The notes under the pieces: generated by a model
Told to the model about the DNA's origin: nothing
The model's input: only the letters and a program-made list of their open reading frames with translations
The model's database searches: none
NCBI GenBank assembly: GCA_030704615.1
Contig: CM060734.1
Location: forward strand, 37,386,001 to 37,450,000
DNA length: 64,000 nucleotides
Source: Takakia lepidozioides
Lineage: Eukaryota; Plantae; Bryophyta
Direction of reading: 5' to 3'
Program-made: the position numbers and the translations under genes
Shown here: positions 1 to 12,595 of the stretch, one piece after another
Numbering within the stretch: the first letter of the stretch is position 1
How the letters are laid out: every line of letters starts with the position of its first letter

Positions 1-279
1 CTACCAAAATTAGTTGCTTGTGCAAAAAAAGAAACATAGGAAACTGAGCAATTATTTTATGAGCAATAGACCACCCTGGGAGATATTCTATGTACAGAAA
101 CACATACTAAATATATCCTGTCTGTTGATCTCCCATTCTCTAACTGGTCTGAATCTATTTGTCAATCCTCCTTCTCCATCCCTGCCTCTCTCTGTGTGGG
201 CTTCATCTGTTCTCACTCTTCATCAATAATCAACTTGAGTGAAACTTGTACAATCATGTGACTACAAAACAGATCCCAC

Positions 280-3200
280 CTTGGACAAACCAGATTGCTT
301 GTTGTGCTGGTTATGAGATGTTCGGACAAGGTCTCGTGATACACGGGATTCTGTCAAAACTAGCAGTTCATTTACTGATATCTGTGCAGTCCTGCACATG
401 ACCATAAGAAGTGAATGCTCAGAGGTCAAAGTCCCCACCTAAGGGATGTGCAAGGTGGAACTATTCCATCAGTTCCGCAATTCATCCTGGAAAGGCTCCT
501 CATTGCACACTGAGAGAACTCCAACACATACTATTAGCGACTGGCAAACTGTGCTGCTTAAGTGACGGATGCAAATGATCCCAATGAGACTAGAGGGACT
601 CTAATAAGGGTTCATTTTTTCCTCAAGTTCCTTCTCACTTCAGAATCAGCCTGATGTTACTTCAGAATGTTATTCATCTTGAACTACGAAGCAGGATCTA
701 CAGTGGCAACAACCCACTGTAAGCATCCATCTCAAGTGTTCCGGACATATGCGCTCACCCAATGAGATCATGATTCCCATTGGTTTTGAAATTGAAGCAT
801 TCAATCCTCAAAGGGCAGTCCTGGAAAACACCACAGAATACAAAACCAGGTTCAGCTACTGTGTCTGAAACAGAGCACACATGTCAATCACTTACCCAAC
901 GAGATTATGCTTGCCTTGGTTGTTATAATCAAAGCACTCCCACAGAAGGGGCTGATCCTGGCCATCCGAAACACAGTGTTAGCCCAACCACATCAAGGCA
1001 TAACCCTGCCTTGAAAGGTCATGCTCATTATATGATAGTCAAATTAACCATATTGAAATGAAGCTATGCAGGTGAATAACTGTTTGGACATGATTTTGAA
1101 ACTTCGCCCATCTATAATCCATCCAGTTTCTTGCATCCAACAGTAGGATTATCTATTTCTCATCTGATTTTTGCATCAACAGCTTTAAAGACTTCCAGCT
1201 CAACCCTTGTCTAGACAAACTCATAATCCCAACCTCTCGGAAAGACCGGGTTACAAAACAATAGCACTCTATGACAGCGACCAGATCATTTTTAGAAATA
1301 AGATAGAGAAGTTGATAAGAGTACTTCTGGTGGTTCTCATATATTTCTTATATGAAAACCAGACTCAGAACTTGTGCATAGTACGTTACCCCCTTACCAT
1401 ATCACCATTACAGAGCTGTTGTAAGTTGATTCGGATGGGTTTCCACATAGGGTTCAGATTATTTTTCTTCACTTCTGTCTTGTACACAGGCGTGCTTGAC
1501 CCATCTTCACGAATCCTTGATATTCTCAGAAACGGGTCCTGCATGATAGACCCGACAGAGACATTGCATAAGAGCTTGTTTGAGGGACTTTCGCTCCCCA
1601 AAGTCAAGACTCTAAAAGCAGCTTCATCATCAACACTGCACAATGTCAAGCTCTCTCTGTTCCATCAAGAAGCCATACTCGCTTTACAGCTCCCTAGTAA
1701 GGAAATCTTTTGGGAGAAGGTGGGAAAGAGAGACTTGATTCTTGATGAAAACTTAATTGATGCCTTCTCAGTTAGACCCTAGCAGATTATTGGACCCAAA
1801 CTATTTGTGACAAGAGACCCGTACACTCTTGGAAAAGAGGTCCTTGCTGTCCAACTCGGTGCATCGGACCACCATCTCCACCAAGGACTTACACTTCACC
1901 ATCTCTTCAGCATGTACAGTAAGTAAGCCCCAGTCATGCACATTCCCCAGCTCCTTGTGCCCTTCAAGTGCCCTGCTTAGCTTCTGATTGGGTGCTGTTA
2001 CTATCTGCTCCACATTCCATATAACCACTCCCTCCCATCATCAAGTGTAACATGCAATCACACTCCTATTTGCCAAACAGATTGTCCCAACAACTTTCTG
2101 GTTTCTGCATGTTTTGTCCTAGGTCCAGGCATCTTTGTGGAGAACCTGTGACGACAGGATAACAATGTGTATTTAAATCACCGCAAATAATCTGTGGACT
2201 CATTTGGCTTTAGAAAACACGTGAACAAGTACCTCTGAGAGCAAGCACTCCATGTGACCAAGATAGTCCTGCTCTTCTAGCTGCAGGTTCTGCACAAGAA
2301 TTCGCAAACCCCAAAAAACACCTCATTTCGCTGGTGATAGCAGTGTTGGGCCAGAATCTCATCCACCTTATCGCCTAATTTTCCTCCACTCACATCCACT
2401 TGTATAACCACTTTGATGCTTTGAACAACACGGAAAGTGAGACGGAAATTTCTAGCTCTTAACAGATATCCACCTTGCAAATGATTCCATAGAGTTAGAG
2501 ACAGATTGCACCTCTGTTGGGATGTCAGCAAACTTTGTGTCAACATCGTAGACTTTGAACCTGAACACCACGATAGCCTAGACATCAGAGTGGCATCCAA
2601 GGAATTCCTCTGTGGAGCAAGTCTCCAATATATTATGCAAGCTGATGAAGAAACCAAATAAAATAAAACTACTTTTGCTACTCAATATGCTCCTGCTAGC
2701 AAACCTACCCATTGCACTCCATCCACCCACCATGAGCCACCATTACGTATGTCCAGGTAACAACTGTCTACTCCATCAGTTTCACCTTATTTTTCAACTT
2801 TTTACCAGGCACTGTTCCCCATACTCCAGCACAAGTTCTAAAGAGGTAGCATCTAATTGATCCCAGCTTTGTACCTTGACATTTAAAGAAGTTCTCCTTC
2901 ACTATGGCCAACAGACAAAAGCATATTGAGAGAGTTTCTTAAAAGGAAGGAACACCCAGGCCAATACCACACCTAAAAATCACATGATGAATTATTGCCA
3001 GCGACAAGGAATCTCTCTTTCTCTCTCTTTCTCTCTCTCTCTCTCAATGGCCACCAGGCTACGGCAAACAACATCTTATGAGTACATTTTCTCTCTCTCT
3101 CTCTCTCTCTTCTATTGCTTTTTGTGATGATGCAAAGTATTCTTTGTCTCACACTGCAACCTTGCCACCTGGATTCACTGGGATCAAAGAACTCATATAC

Positions 3201-4201
3201 AAAAGTCCCATCACTTGCCAATATCATGGGGGCCTACATGAACCAAGAGGGAAGAAAGACTCACAATAGCGGTTGAACCTCCTCAAAGTTGTACTCTATT
3301 CTCAGCTCCCTCACCCATGCTGGGCTCAATGAATTCAATAAGACTTCTGTGCGCCCCACTTCTTCATATGAGCCATCTCTTTGTTTGGCATAGCCAACTA
3401 ACATTGGATCACTCTGTGAAATTCAATCGGAATGTCAGCCCACGTTAACAATCTTTGACCAGTTGGTTCGTTGCTCCGCAAGAGAGAAAGGGAGGGGGGG
3501 GAATCAATTCAACAACCAGAAATGGTCACAACATGGAAGGCACACAAGCAACAGCAAGCCTGTAGGCAACACCTAGTTTGTGTGACCCACCTTTGACAAG
3601 GCGTCTTTATTTCGCAACTTGTTGGCTGAGACCCATAGCTGCAGTAATACAAGTACACCATGATCACGAGTCAGACTATTGCCTACAATTTGGGCACAAC
3701 ATCTAAGAGAAGACTAATAGTCCAACAGAAAGGTGAGGTATTCTCCCATTTCCTTCGGAGTGCTGTAGATTCACTGCAAACACCTCGGTTGAATGTCCAG
3801 GATAACCTTGAAGTCTCAAGCTGGAGGTACCTATGAAGTTTTGTCGGAATGTTGGAACAACGTTATAGCCAACCCATAGCAGCCTTGGAAATGGTTCTTC
3901 TTTCCCCACACAATGTGAATGCTCACTGAGCGCAAACCATTAAGGGGTCCATAAGTTTAAGCAAGCCTTATACGGGCAAATGTTCTTGCTATGCGCTAGA
4001 CCAAGTTTTTTTTCAGTATCCACTGTTTTAAGCAGGCAACCAACCATCAACATGCACCTGAATTTGGGAGGCTAGACCTCGTGTGCCCCCGAGCATTTCC
4101 ACAGCATCAAAGACATCACCCTGCGCATCCAGTGCTCCATTACTTCGTATGCCCCCAGCTGCCTGCTGCCCTCCAGCTGTGTCTGAGCAGCAGTTTCCCA
4201 T
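280..4201 (-). CDS. BON1: Copine/BONZAI (C2-C2-VWA) gene, exons 1-9; the 3' part including the VWA domain lies beyond the left edge
   Basis: Nine GT-AG exons splice in frame: 4201-4058 (MGNCCSDTAGG..., myristoylation-type N-terminus), 3638-3591 (LWVSANKLRNKDALSK), 3413-3265 (SDPMLVGY...GRTEVLLNSLSPAW...YNFEEVQPL), 2560-2512 (FKVYDVDT), 2289-2233 (EEQDYLGHMECLLSE), 2004-1825, 1538-1398 (DPFLRISR...YKTEVKKNNLNPMWKP), 820-759 (PLRIECFNFKTNGNHDLIG), 391-280. These match plant BON copine motifs; the exact paralog cannot be assigned. Confidence 0.93.
3012..3112. repeat. (CT)n microsatellite interrupted by a 43-bp LINE 3'-terminal remnant (3044-3086)
   Basis: CT runs lie on both sides; 3044-3086 matches the reverse complement of 35272-35314 at 41/43 nt. 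Confidence 0.8.
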
Positions 4202-5310
4202 ATCTTTGCTCTACAACAATCTCTCCAGGGCCTGCTTGTTGAGTAAACGTGTTAACCTCTCTCAATAAGAATTCAAGCGCATATCTGTTACCGAAAATTT
4301 ACAAGGGCTTTTAGGGGTTCACAATGTTGTCGCTTGAACGTCACGAACGCTTGTCTGTCCGTCTCTCTCTTTTTCAATACTCGAATCAACGTCATGCTTT
4401 TAACTACAATGTCAATGCCCGCCACAAATCAAGACCCTGTAGCCGGATTGTCGATCACTGAGCGCGACTGCTCTGCCCTTCTCGGCTGTGCACCCTGTTA
4501 GGCTGCAACTTCGTGCTCCGGGAGCTTAATACACCGCGCGAACGAAACCATCACCATAGAGGGTACTTGATAGCCCAAACTTCTCAGGGACCCCATAAGT
4601 ACATTCACTACTCTCGCTACGTCCCATTTCCGAGAAGGCCCACATTCAATAAACAACACAAAATGTCACTCCAGAAGCTGAGAGGATCCGAATACGATCA
4701 CAGTCACTGGAACTTCAGTTGATGGCGTAGCCTTCAACCTCTCTCCAACATCCGATGCGACCCAGATCTCGGTCCTCCCTGCTCATCAACAGTGCCTAGG
4801 CGCACTTCTCAAATCCACAGACACAGGCCTAGACCCCACCAACATGCCTCCAGACGTGTCATTCCTCCTTGTACCGCACTCTACAAATTTCCATCTTTGA
4901 AAATCCTCCGATCCTCTTTCAACGACTCAAGATGCGAGTCTGCTTGCTGCCCGGCTCCAGAATTAGATCCATGTCTATTAAAACCCACAGTAAATCTCCT
5001 GCACTGGCTCTGCGATTGGCCCTCAATCTGTTGGATTGTGCCTTTCTCTCACATTCATCTGAATTCTTGCCAGGCCTTTACCACGCTCTCTCACTTTCTC
5101 GTACCTAGTTTAGTTTAGCACCTCCTCTATCTCTTCTCCACTACCACCATCTTCTCCTTGACCTTCTGCATCTCCTCCTAAAGAGACTTAAAGTCAGTAA
5201 GCTCCAGTGGATCCATTAAGTTCAGTCCGAGGATCAAGTAAGTTAGCATCCACACCTTCCAATTCTTATTCAGAAATGCCCAAGTTAGTCTTTTTTCTCC
5301 TCCTCCTCTT

Positions 5311-5860
5311 TTTTTTTCAAGGGGAAGCGACCGCTCACACATCAGGCCCCCAAATTGTAGTTAGAGGGGAAAATAACCAGTGTTGGGAGGTTCTTTGTTT
5401 TAGCTACAAACCCCCCCAGGTTGTCAAGAAGGTTATATGGATGTATAACCGCGGTTCTCAAAAAAAGTGAGAACTTCCAAAGGCTCATACCCGCCGGTTA
5501 CTGAGTTTTGAAATAATCAGCCCGACAACGGTCAAAGATCCGCCAAAGACCCGCCTGTTATTTGATGAAGACCGGTGGTTCTTTAAGGTTTTTTTTTTTT
5601 TTTAGGAGACTGAGGACAGAGGTTTAAGATTCTTACAATTGGCAACCAGAACCGGTGCTTCTTTCCATAAAAGATATATGAAAAGACCGGAACCGGAGGT
5701 TCATTGATTCTAAGATTTTGTGAAAAACGAAACCGGAAGTTATGAAAGAAATCAAATAACCGCCCAACACTGAAAATAACCTCTTTAATAGTAACCTCGA
5801 CCGCTCACAAATCAAGCCTGTTAACTATAGTGAGAGGAGAAAAATAACCTGTAACCTCGC
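5311..5860 (-). mobile_element. Short LINE-type 3'-end remnant, partly duplicated, hosting a MITE
   Basis: Poly-T followed by aaggggaagcgaccgctcaca...gaggggaaaataac. The same sequence recurs at 5797-5850 and 56394-56506. Confidence 0.6.
5378..5772. mobile_element. hAT-type MITE, 395 bp
   Basis: Imperfect ~20-bp TIRs (CAGTGTTGGGAGGTT / AACCGCCCAACACTG), perfect 8-bp TSD AAAATAAC (5370-5377 and 5773-5780), ACCGG-like internal repeats. Confidence 0.88.
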
Positions 5861-5917
5861 CCAAGGGAAGTGGGAGAAGATTATACCACACCCAACCGAA
5901 GGTGGACACCTTTGAGA

Positions 5918-6092
5918 ACCAAGGTGTAGCCAAGTGGTCATGGGCACATACCACCTTCGAAGTGGTTGTGGGTTCAATCCATCGATTGGTGTCACAAAGG
6001 AGTCCACCTTCTTGCTGGCAGTAGCCCTTCGGGGTCAAGAGACACCATAATTTATGCTTCCTTCGGGAGGCATCATATATTATATTATTATT
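5918..6092 (+). mobile_element. tRNA-derived SINE, family A copy 1
   Basis: Box A (TAGCCAAGTGG), box B (GGTTCAATCC), UUCG hairpins and an AT-rich tail; clearly similar to 12020-12205. Confidence 0.8.
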
Positions 6093-7479
6093 ACAGCACC
6101 CAACAAGGTAGCAGGATTTGAACCCAAATCACCTGGGTGGCATTAGGCTCTAGGGGTGGTAGTCAAGGTATCTTGACATTCCAGGAATCCCTGATTAGAT
6201 TACAAAGGAAAAAACGGTATGTAAAGTTTTACTATATTTTTATGTTTTTTTTGGGAAAGACCAGGGAATTCGTGATTTTTTTATTTTTTTAATGGGAACA
6301 GAGCCCCATTTAATCAAATTAATAAGGAAAAGTAAATTTCATTATTAAATTTACAAGTTATCTAGTTTTCAATATTTAGAGTCCATTCATACACGATTTC
6401 CGTCTTGCCACATTGTGTGGATGGATAGCCATTCATATGTAACGTGTGGAACCGCTCGGTCATGCTTGGCTCCTAGAGAATTCCACGGGGCGGGAGGCCA
6501 AATGGCTGGAATCGACATTGGCTGAATGGCTCCACTACCGTTGTATTTCAATTCTTGCAATTTTCCTTTTACTTTTACTTGCCCAGTACTTGGCATGTGC
6601 ATAAGGTTCAACCCTTCAACATGTTCCCATCACATGTTTGTGGAGCTGTAGGCTCTCTAAATTCTAAGGAATCCACTTGGAAATCTACTAAATAGATTAC
6701 AAAGAGAACACACCTAAAAACGCTATGCCACTTGGGGTTCTAGCCCGGAAGGCCCCCGGAAAATTCCAAAGACGCTAGGAGGCCGAGTTAGATTTTGGGC
6801 CAAGCACTCCCAACCAACCCCCCAAAGAATCAACCCCAAGATGGAATCGCCTCTCCAAACATGAGCTGGTGGTTCCATGGAAACCCTTGTAATCTGCCCT
6901 CCTAAAATCGACCGCTTGAGGTTGTGGGCCCGCAAAACTCAATTGCCCCCTTGTGGGGATGTGATTTGTGCTCCCCTATGGAACGGCCGATTGACTAGGG
7001 ACGCCTTCAAGACTATTCATTAACCAATGAGGGGCTTTGAAATTAGGGGTGATTTGGGGGCAATTCGGAGTGCCCATGGAAGAGTGTGACATCATGAATC
7101 CTTAATGGCCGAGTAGCTCCATTGTTAGTATAATCGATACACTCGCATTCTTGCCTTGATTTTTTCTTTTCTTCGTTTTTTCTTTTAAGGAAAATGGGAG
7201 AAAACGGTGTGTTGGGCCGGGATGTCACTAAGGACATGACCTATGGGTCCGGACTTGTCAATACGAAAAAACATTAAAACTTCGTTAGGGTAGGGGGCTT
7301 GTGAGAAACATGCCCGGCAGACATGCATAATCTGTACTCATTTTTTCCATGTCAAACATGCAGGTATAAAGGGTTTCCTCTTGTAGAAGCCCGCCGGTCA
7401 TGTATAAGGACAAGTCGTGAATTTTATATATATATATATATATATAGACTCCTTATGAAACACACAGCCAGGTCTGACA

Positions 7480-8100
7480 ATATTCTCTTATACCAAGGGC
7501 GACCCCTTGATCATATAGTTCCAACATGGCTGCTATCGTGCTACTACCCCACTACACCATGCAACTGTTCCACCGGGCTCTGTCCAGACATACGATTAGC
7601 CACAGGGCTACCTATCAACGTCATCCCCCCCCCGTTGACTCATCAAACAACCTTACCATCCACTTTATCGAATTCACTTCATGTCACGACTAATACCCAA
7701 ACACAACCATTCTAACTAAACGCGAAAAATACTCCCCCCTCATCCTTGCAATTAGAAAACTTGAATGGGAAACTAAGCCTTTAATAGTCATTGCAGCTGG
7801 TACAAGAGGCGGCATCCACAATGTCAACATGCATGCGTTGCACAACAACTTCAAAACACCTACCACTGCTATCCACCAATGTTTTAACGCTATACATCTT
7901 ATTGCCATTCGATCCCTCACAACCATCATTACCAACAAGTGCAAACTAGAATATACCCACATTTAAAAATACGGTCATGTATGCGCACTAATGTCTATTA
8001 ATCTTGTATGGCCCACCCTCGAAGGGGGGTTGTAGCTGCAAGGCGAAGTGGCTATTAGTTACGCCGGCTTTGGCCGGAGTTTTCTTCTATTCTCTTCTTC
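7480..8100 (+). mobile_element. 5'-truncated non-LTR retrotransposon with a C-terminal restriction-like endonuclease (Dualen/RandI-like) and its 3' UTR; degenerate
   Basis: Across one frameshift and one stop: VPTWLL..C.C...CPDI...IHFIEFTSCHD*...KREKYSPLI...W...PLIVIAAGTRGGIH..., a PD-(D/E)xK RLE pattern ending at TAA ~7966, followed by a structured 3' UTR. Confidence 0.7.
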
Positions 8101-8139
8101 GCAATATATAATGACTCCAACTTCTCTTATAACAATTGG

Positions 8140-9588
8140 GTCCTGATGAGGTTTGTCATTTGTCGTCTTGACAGTTCGGTCTGATGGCTGACTTTCTTTT
8201 GACTGAAACTTAGCCTTCTCTTCTATGAAATGGCTGCTAGCTCCGGAGTCCATATACCAATGCTGATTTTGACAGTCAATGAAATTAGTTTCCACCGACA
8301 TATCTACTGAACCTACGTAGGTTTCTCCCTCAACGTATTGAATCGAAGGGGTAAAAGTACTTTCTCTCTTAACAACCCCGAGCAACGTGGCCAGGGTTAC
8401 CACAAGTGTAGCAATGAACAATTCTACTTCCTCTGAACTGTCCAATCCTAGGAAAGCTTGGAGGGAAATCTCCTCTGAATTAAGGCAAGCTGTACGCTTG
8501 TGCTGAGGTTCGTGGTACTCCGTAAGGTTGAGTGTAACTTCGTCCAAATCCGTGACCTCTACGACCTCCTTCTCTGTACTGGCCGTATCCTCGTTCTGAA
8601 ACAAGTTGAGTCTATATTGAAAGAGCTTCTTCCTATCCCAGTTTCTGATCACACATCCGATGTGTTTCAGTCAATAACTTACTCATCATGTCCTCAAATG
8701 TTAGATTTGTCATGTAAGTGATTCATTGTATCACCATTTCATAGCTGTGATCGAGGAAGTCCGTTGAGTACGATGTTGTTCAGAGTCTTGTCTGGAACGG
8801 TCTCCCTGAATGTTATCAATTGATTCATCATAGTCAACGCATATGTTAAGTATGTGTTAATGTCACCTCCCTCCTTCATCGACATTCCATTCATCTTATT
8901 CGTAAGAAGCATGATTTATTGTTGATCTCCAACCTGAAACATTCTCTTAAGCATATCCCACAAATCTCCTGGATCGTCATGCTAAGCCACTACACCGATC
9001 AGACTATCACTAACCGACATGGTTATTCTTGTCTATGCTCTCTGCTTCGCCTCACTGAGTTGAGCTTCTGTGTAAACACAACCTGCTATAGTTGCAAGAA
9101 AGGCATTGGGAGTTCTCTTCGACTCAACTAACGGCCACAAATGCTCTCTCTTCAGGATTACTATCAGTTTCAACCTCCATACGTTGTAGTTTTGGGGTCC
9201 AAACAGCTTGTTTGCCTCCCATACTTCACAGTTCGACCACAACTAGCTTCTCTCTTGATTCGGCCATTACGCACTAACTCTATCCGACTACTTCCAAGTC
9301 GGTATGTATCAGTTCTCTACTTCTAGTTTCAATAGGGAGCATAGCTCACCCGGACTCTCTTCACCAAAGCTCTAATACCATGTTGCTCTAAACAGTGAGT
9401 TTACTGAATCAAAATACATATTATATAGATGGATTAGCTCAAGTGATCAGATAAGGGAGCAATCTACTTTGCTAAGGGCCATGCGCCCCCACCTGTAGTT
9501 AGGCACCCAATAATTAGTGTCTCACTATTAGGTGCCCAGTTAGTCTTAACTGAATTTAGTGCCCCACTCACAGTTAACACTAATAACA
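8140..9588 (-). mobile_element. Truncated Ty1/copia element: 5' LTR (9381-9588), PBS, degenerate gag and protease
   Basis: LTR bounded TG...CA. tRNA-Met PBS TGGTATTAGAGC (9369-9380). Gag N-terminus KLFGPQNYNVWRLKLIVILKREHLWPLVE; protease WYMDSGASSHF. Confidence 0.85.
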
Positions 9589-9769
9589 TGATCACTAACT
9601 GGAGAACTTAAGTATAATGGTGCCCCACCAGAATGTCAGCTACTGCCCTGTTTGTATGGCGATTCTCAGCCACGTAGAACATTATTTCCACACAAGCCCT
9701 GAGCTGCGTAGATGCCACAAACGGTACAGAGACAGACTTCCTGCAACACATCGAAACAATCAGCAAGCA

Positions 9770-11090
9770 CGATGTCATTGACAGAAGACGACATGTTTTT
9801 GCTTACTTTTGTTGTAAACTCAATCATGGTACTGCAACAGATCCTCCAATTATTTCCATGTGCAAGGTTTTCCTCTTCCTGGCACTACTCCATGATTACA
9901 ACCAACAATGCATTGGTTCAAAATGCAAGTTTAGAAGAAGCATACACCAAGTTATTTTTCAATATTCAAACAATGCTTTGGATACCATTATACTTATGGT
10001 GGGTGAAACCAAGGGATGTCATGCTATGTGATAAATTCATCATGCAATGCTATGAGGACGAAAGATGGTTGTCTTTCTTTCGCATGACAAAGGCTTCATT
10101 TGAGTGGTTTTGTGATACGTTATCTCCTCACTTGGCAAAACAACATACACGGTTCAGAGCCCCTATGCCAGTCAGAGTGCAAGTGGCTGCCACACTATTC
10201 AAACTAGCAAGCTGTAAAAGGTACAGATTGCATTGAAACCAGCGAATTTTTTGGGATTGGGAGAAGCACAGTTTATCGAGCTCTACGTCAAGTAGTTAGG
10301 GCTGTGAACAAAGTGTTGGGCTCTTATTTGCAATGGCCTTCACAATCCCAGAAATTATGAAGGGTTTTGTTGACAAATGTGGGCTGCCCAATTGTTTGGG
10401 TGCAATTGATGGATGTCATATATTCCCTATACTAAAACCTAGAGGACCTGAAGGAATAGATTATTTCAATCGTAAGCAAGCCTCATAGGTCTTACCATTT
10501 TGCTGCAAACTGTTTGTGATACAAACAGAAGATCTACTGATATTTTTGTAGGCTAGTCTGGCTCTTTGAATGACCGCCACTTGATTAGGGTTTTAGGGTT
10601 ATACAGAAGAGAGAAGACGTCGGCCGAAGCCGGCGTAACTAAGAGCCACTTCACCTTGCGGCTATTGCCCCCTTTCGGGCGTGGGCCCTATAAAAGTTAT
10701 ATAGAGAAATCCGACGAGGGCAGGTACTGAATGGACCACCGGTTTATATTAACAATGGAGTCCCATTGACACCTTACCTTTTGGGTGATATGTTCAAGCC
10801 CCGTGGAAGTGATGGGGGCTTGTCAGTTGTGAAGAAAAACTTCAACAAAAAAACATGTTTAGGTCACCTTCACATAGAGCAGTCTTTTGGTATATTAAAA
10901 GGCTGTTGGCGTGAATTTGGCCATGCAAGTTCTTGGATGTGGCATTTCTCCCCGAGGTGGTACAGGCAGGTTGTATCCTTCATAGTATCCTTGTTGAAAA
11001 AAAATATATCGATCCGGACACCATAGCCTTGCCAGAAGTTGCCAATGATGAGGTTGAAGGTATGGACGAGGATGAGGCGCACATGCAAGC
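9770..11090 (+). pseudogene. PIF/Harbinger DDE transposase pseudogene
   Basis: Fragments in shifting frames: FFRMTKASFEWFC, QVAATLFKLAS, FGIGRSTV, LPNCLGAIDGCHI, YFNRK, PYLLGD, IEQSFGILKG, GCILH. Multiple stops and frameshifts. Confidence 0.88.
10608..10695 (-). mobile_element. 88-bp retroposed copy of the Dualen-like 3' UTR inserted in the Harbinger transposase
   Basis: Reverse-complement similarity to 8008-8100; flanked by GTTATACAGA (10598-10607) and GTTATATAGA (10696-10705), a 10-bp TSD with one mismatch. Confidence 0.75.
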
Positions 11091-12019
11091 ATGGGAAGTG
11101 GAGAAGAAATGCGAAATCAACTTGCAGAGCATCTTGTCTTTAACTAGTAGCCCAAAAAAAGGGTTGAGAAAGTGGCCGAGATATAATACATTTCTACATG
11201 AGTATCCGTATTCATGGACAATATGTAGGTTGAACTCAAATTTAATGAATCAGAAAATCAGAAATGGTCAAGACACATAGCATTTGGCTCATATATGTAG
11301 ACATGTTGCAATGTTTATTATGCAAACTAATAAACAAGGCTGCCTTGTTCATAACAAAAATGACCACCATAATTTTGTCACTACATTGAAGTATAGTACA
11401 CGTGTTACTGAGACTGATCAGGTTCTGAGAACAGATGAGATGCAAGGGCAGATGCCAACAACACCAGGTCACGTAGAAAAACTCTGCAGAGTGACAATAA
11501 TTGTCGATCGAACATAAACACGTAGAACACTAGCATACACCAAGTTGTACACTAGTAATCCAGGAATGGACCTACCCTCAATTGTAAAGGCTAATTTTAT
11601 AGAATGAACTTGAGGTTGATGGCACGGGCACCTATCAAGAATAGATTGGACAACCAAGCTTATAACATCACCGTTGAAGAGTGGATAGCATAGATGGAAC
11701 CGCCTAACTTAAAATAGCCACATGACAACGTACATGCTCGACGTCTGTATAACGGTTTCAGCCATCTACTACTTATGATGGATGCAGGGTATCTAAGTTT
11801 GAGGGTGGTAGGGAGCAGTGGTCACATGTTTAACACCAAAATTGAAACAAATGACGATCATGAGCTGGTTGCATAATTTTTTGCCCTAATCATAAGTATC
11901 TCCTTAGAACAACCCCGGCAAAGGATAACATCATCAAAGAAAAATTGAGCGACAGAGTCTCACTCCTTAGATAGAACTGTCTAACTTAGGTTAACCATTG
12001 GACAATGTAAATGCTCAAC

Positions 12020-12205
12020 GACAACCAGCATGTAGCCCGGTGGTAATGGGCACATACCACGTTGGATGTGGTTGTGGGTTCAAACCACCGTCTAGTGTGT
12101 CATGAAGGTGTCCACCTTCCTGCTAGAAGGCAGTAGCCCTTTGGGGTCAAGTGACACCATAAGTTTCGCTCCCTTCGGGAGGCGTTATATATATATATAT
12201 ATTAC
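12020..12205 (+). mobile_element. tRNA-derived SINE, family A copy 2
   Basis: Box A TAGCCCGGTGG, box B GGTTCAAACC, (TA)n tail, TSD ATGCTCAAC (12011-12019 and 12206-12214). Confidence 0.82.
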
Positions 12206-12595
12206 ATGCTCAACATCTGTATAACGGTTTTAGCTATCTACTTATGATGGATGGATACCTACAAGGTATAATGATAAAGGACAGTGCCATGCAAGGTGAG
12301 AACGCCGCATCACAAAGACGGTAACATCCCTTAACCCTAGCTTACTTTAGCCAATATGAGATTTTGATTATCAAGGTGTGTTGGCTACAAATCTTTGAGT
12401 TAAAATCGTCATCTTACAATCATATCTCTTGAAACAAACTATCCAACAAAATATTCTTACAACATTGTATCATGTATCTTGATAGATAGATTAATAATTT
12501 TCTATTTTTCCATCTTATCTTACTTTTGTCTATGAATGACCACAAAAATTCAATACCATGAATTTAATCCCTTGGATTTGACATTACAAATTCTC

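Noticed and set aside
1207-1782. 191-aa plus-strand ORF, and similar antisense ORFs over the PPR, CACTA, copia and WAP regions
   Set aside because: Shadow frames of real features on the opposite strand, with no recognisable motifs.
5898-5914. 17-nt inverted copy of an internal SINE segment (5995-6011), suggesting twin priming
   Set aside because: The segment is itself near-palindromic and short, so orientation and mechanism cannot be inferred.
10584-10600. TTAGGGTTTTAGGG telomere-like repeat beside the 88-bp insert
   Set aside because: It reads in frame as Harbinger transposase (LIRVLGLYR) and has only two units.
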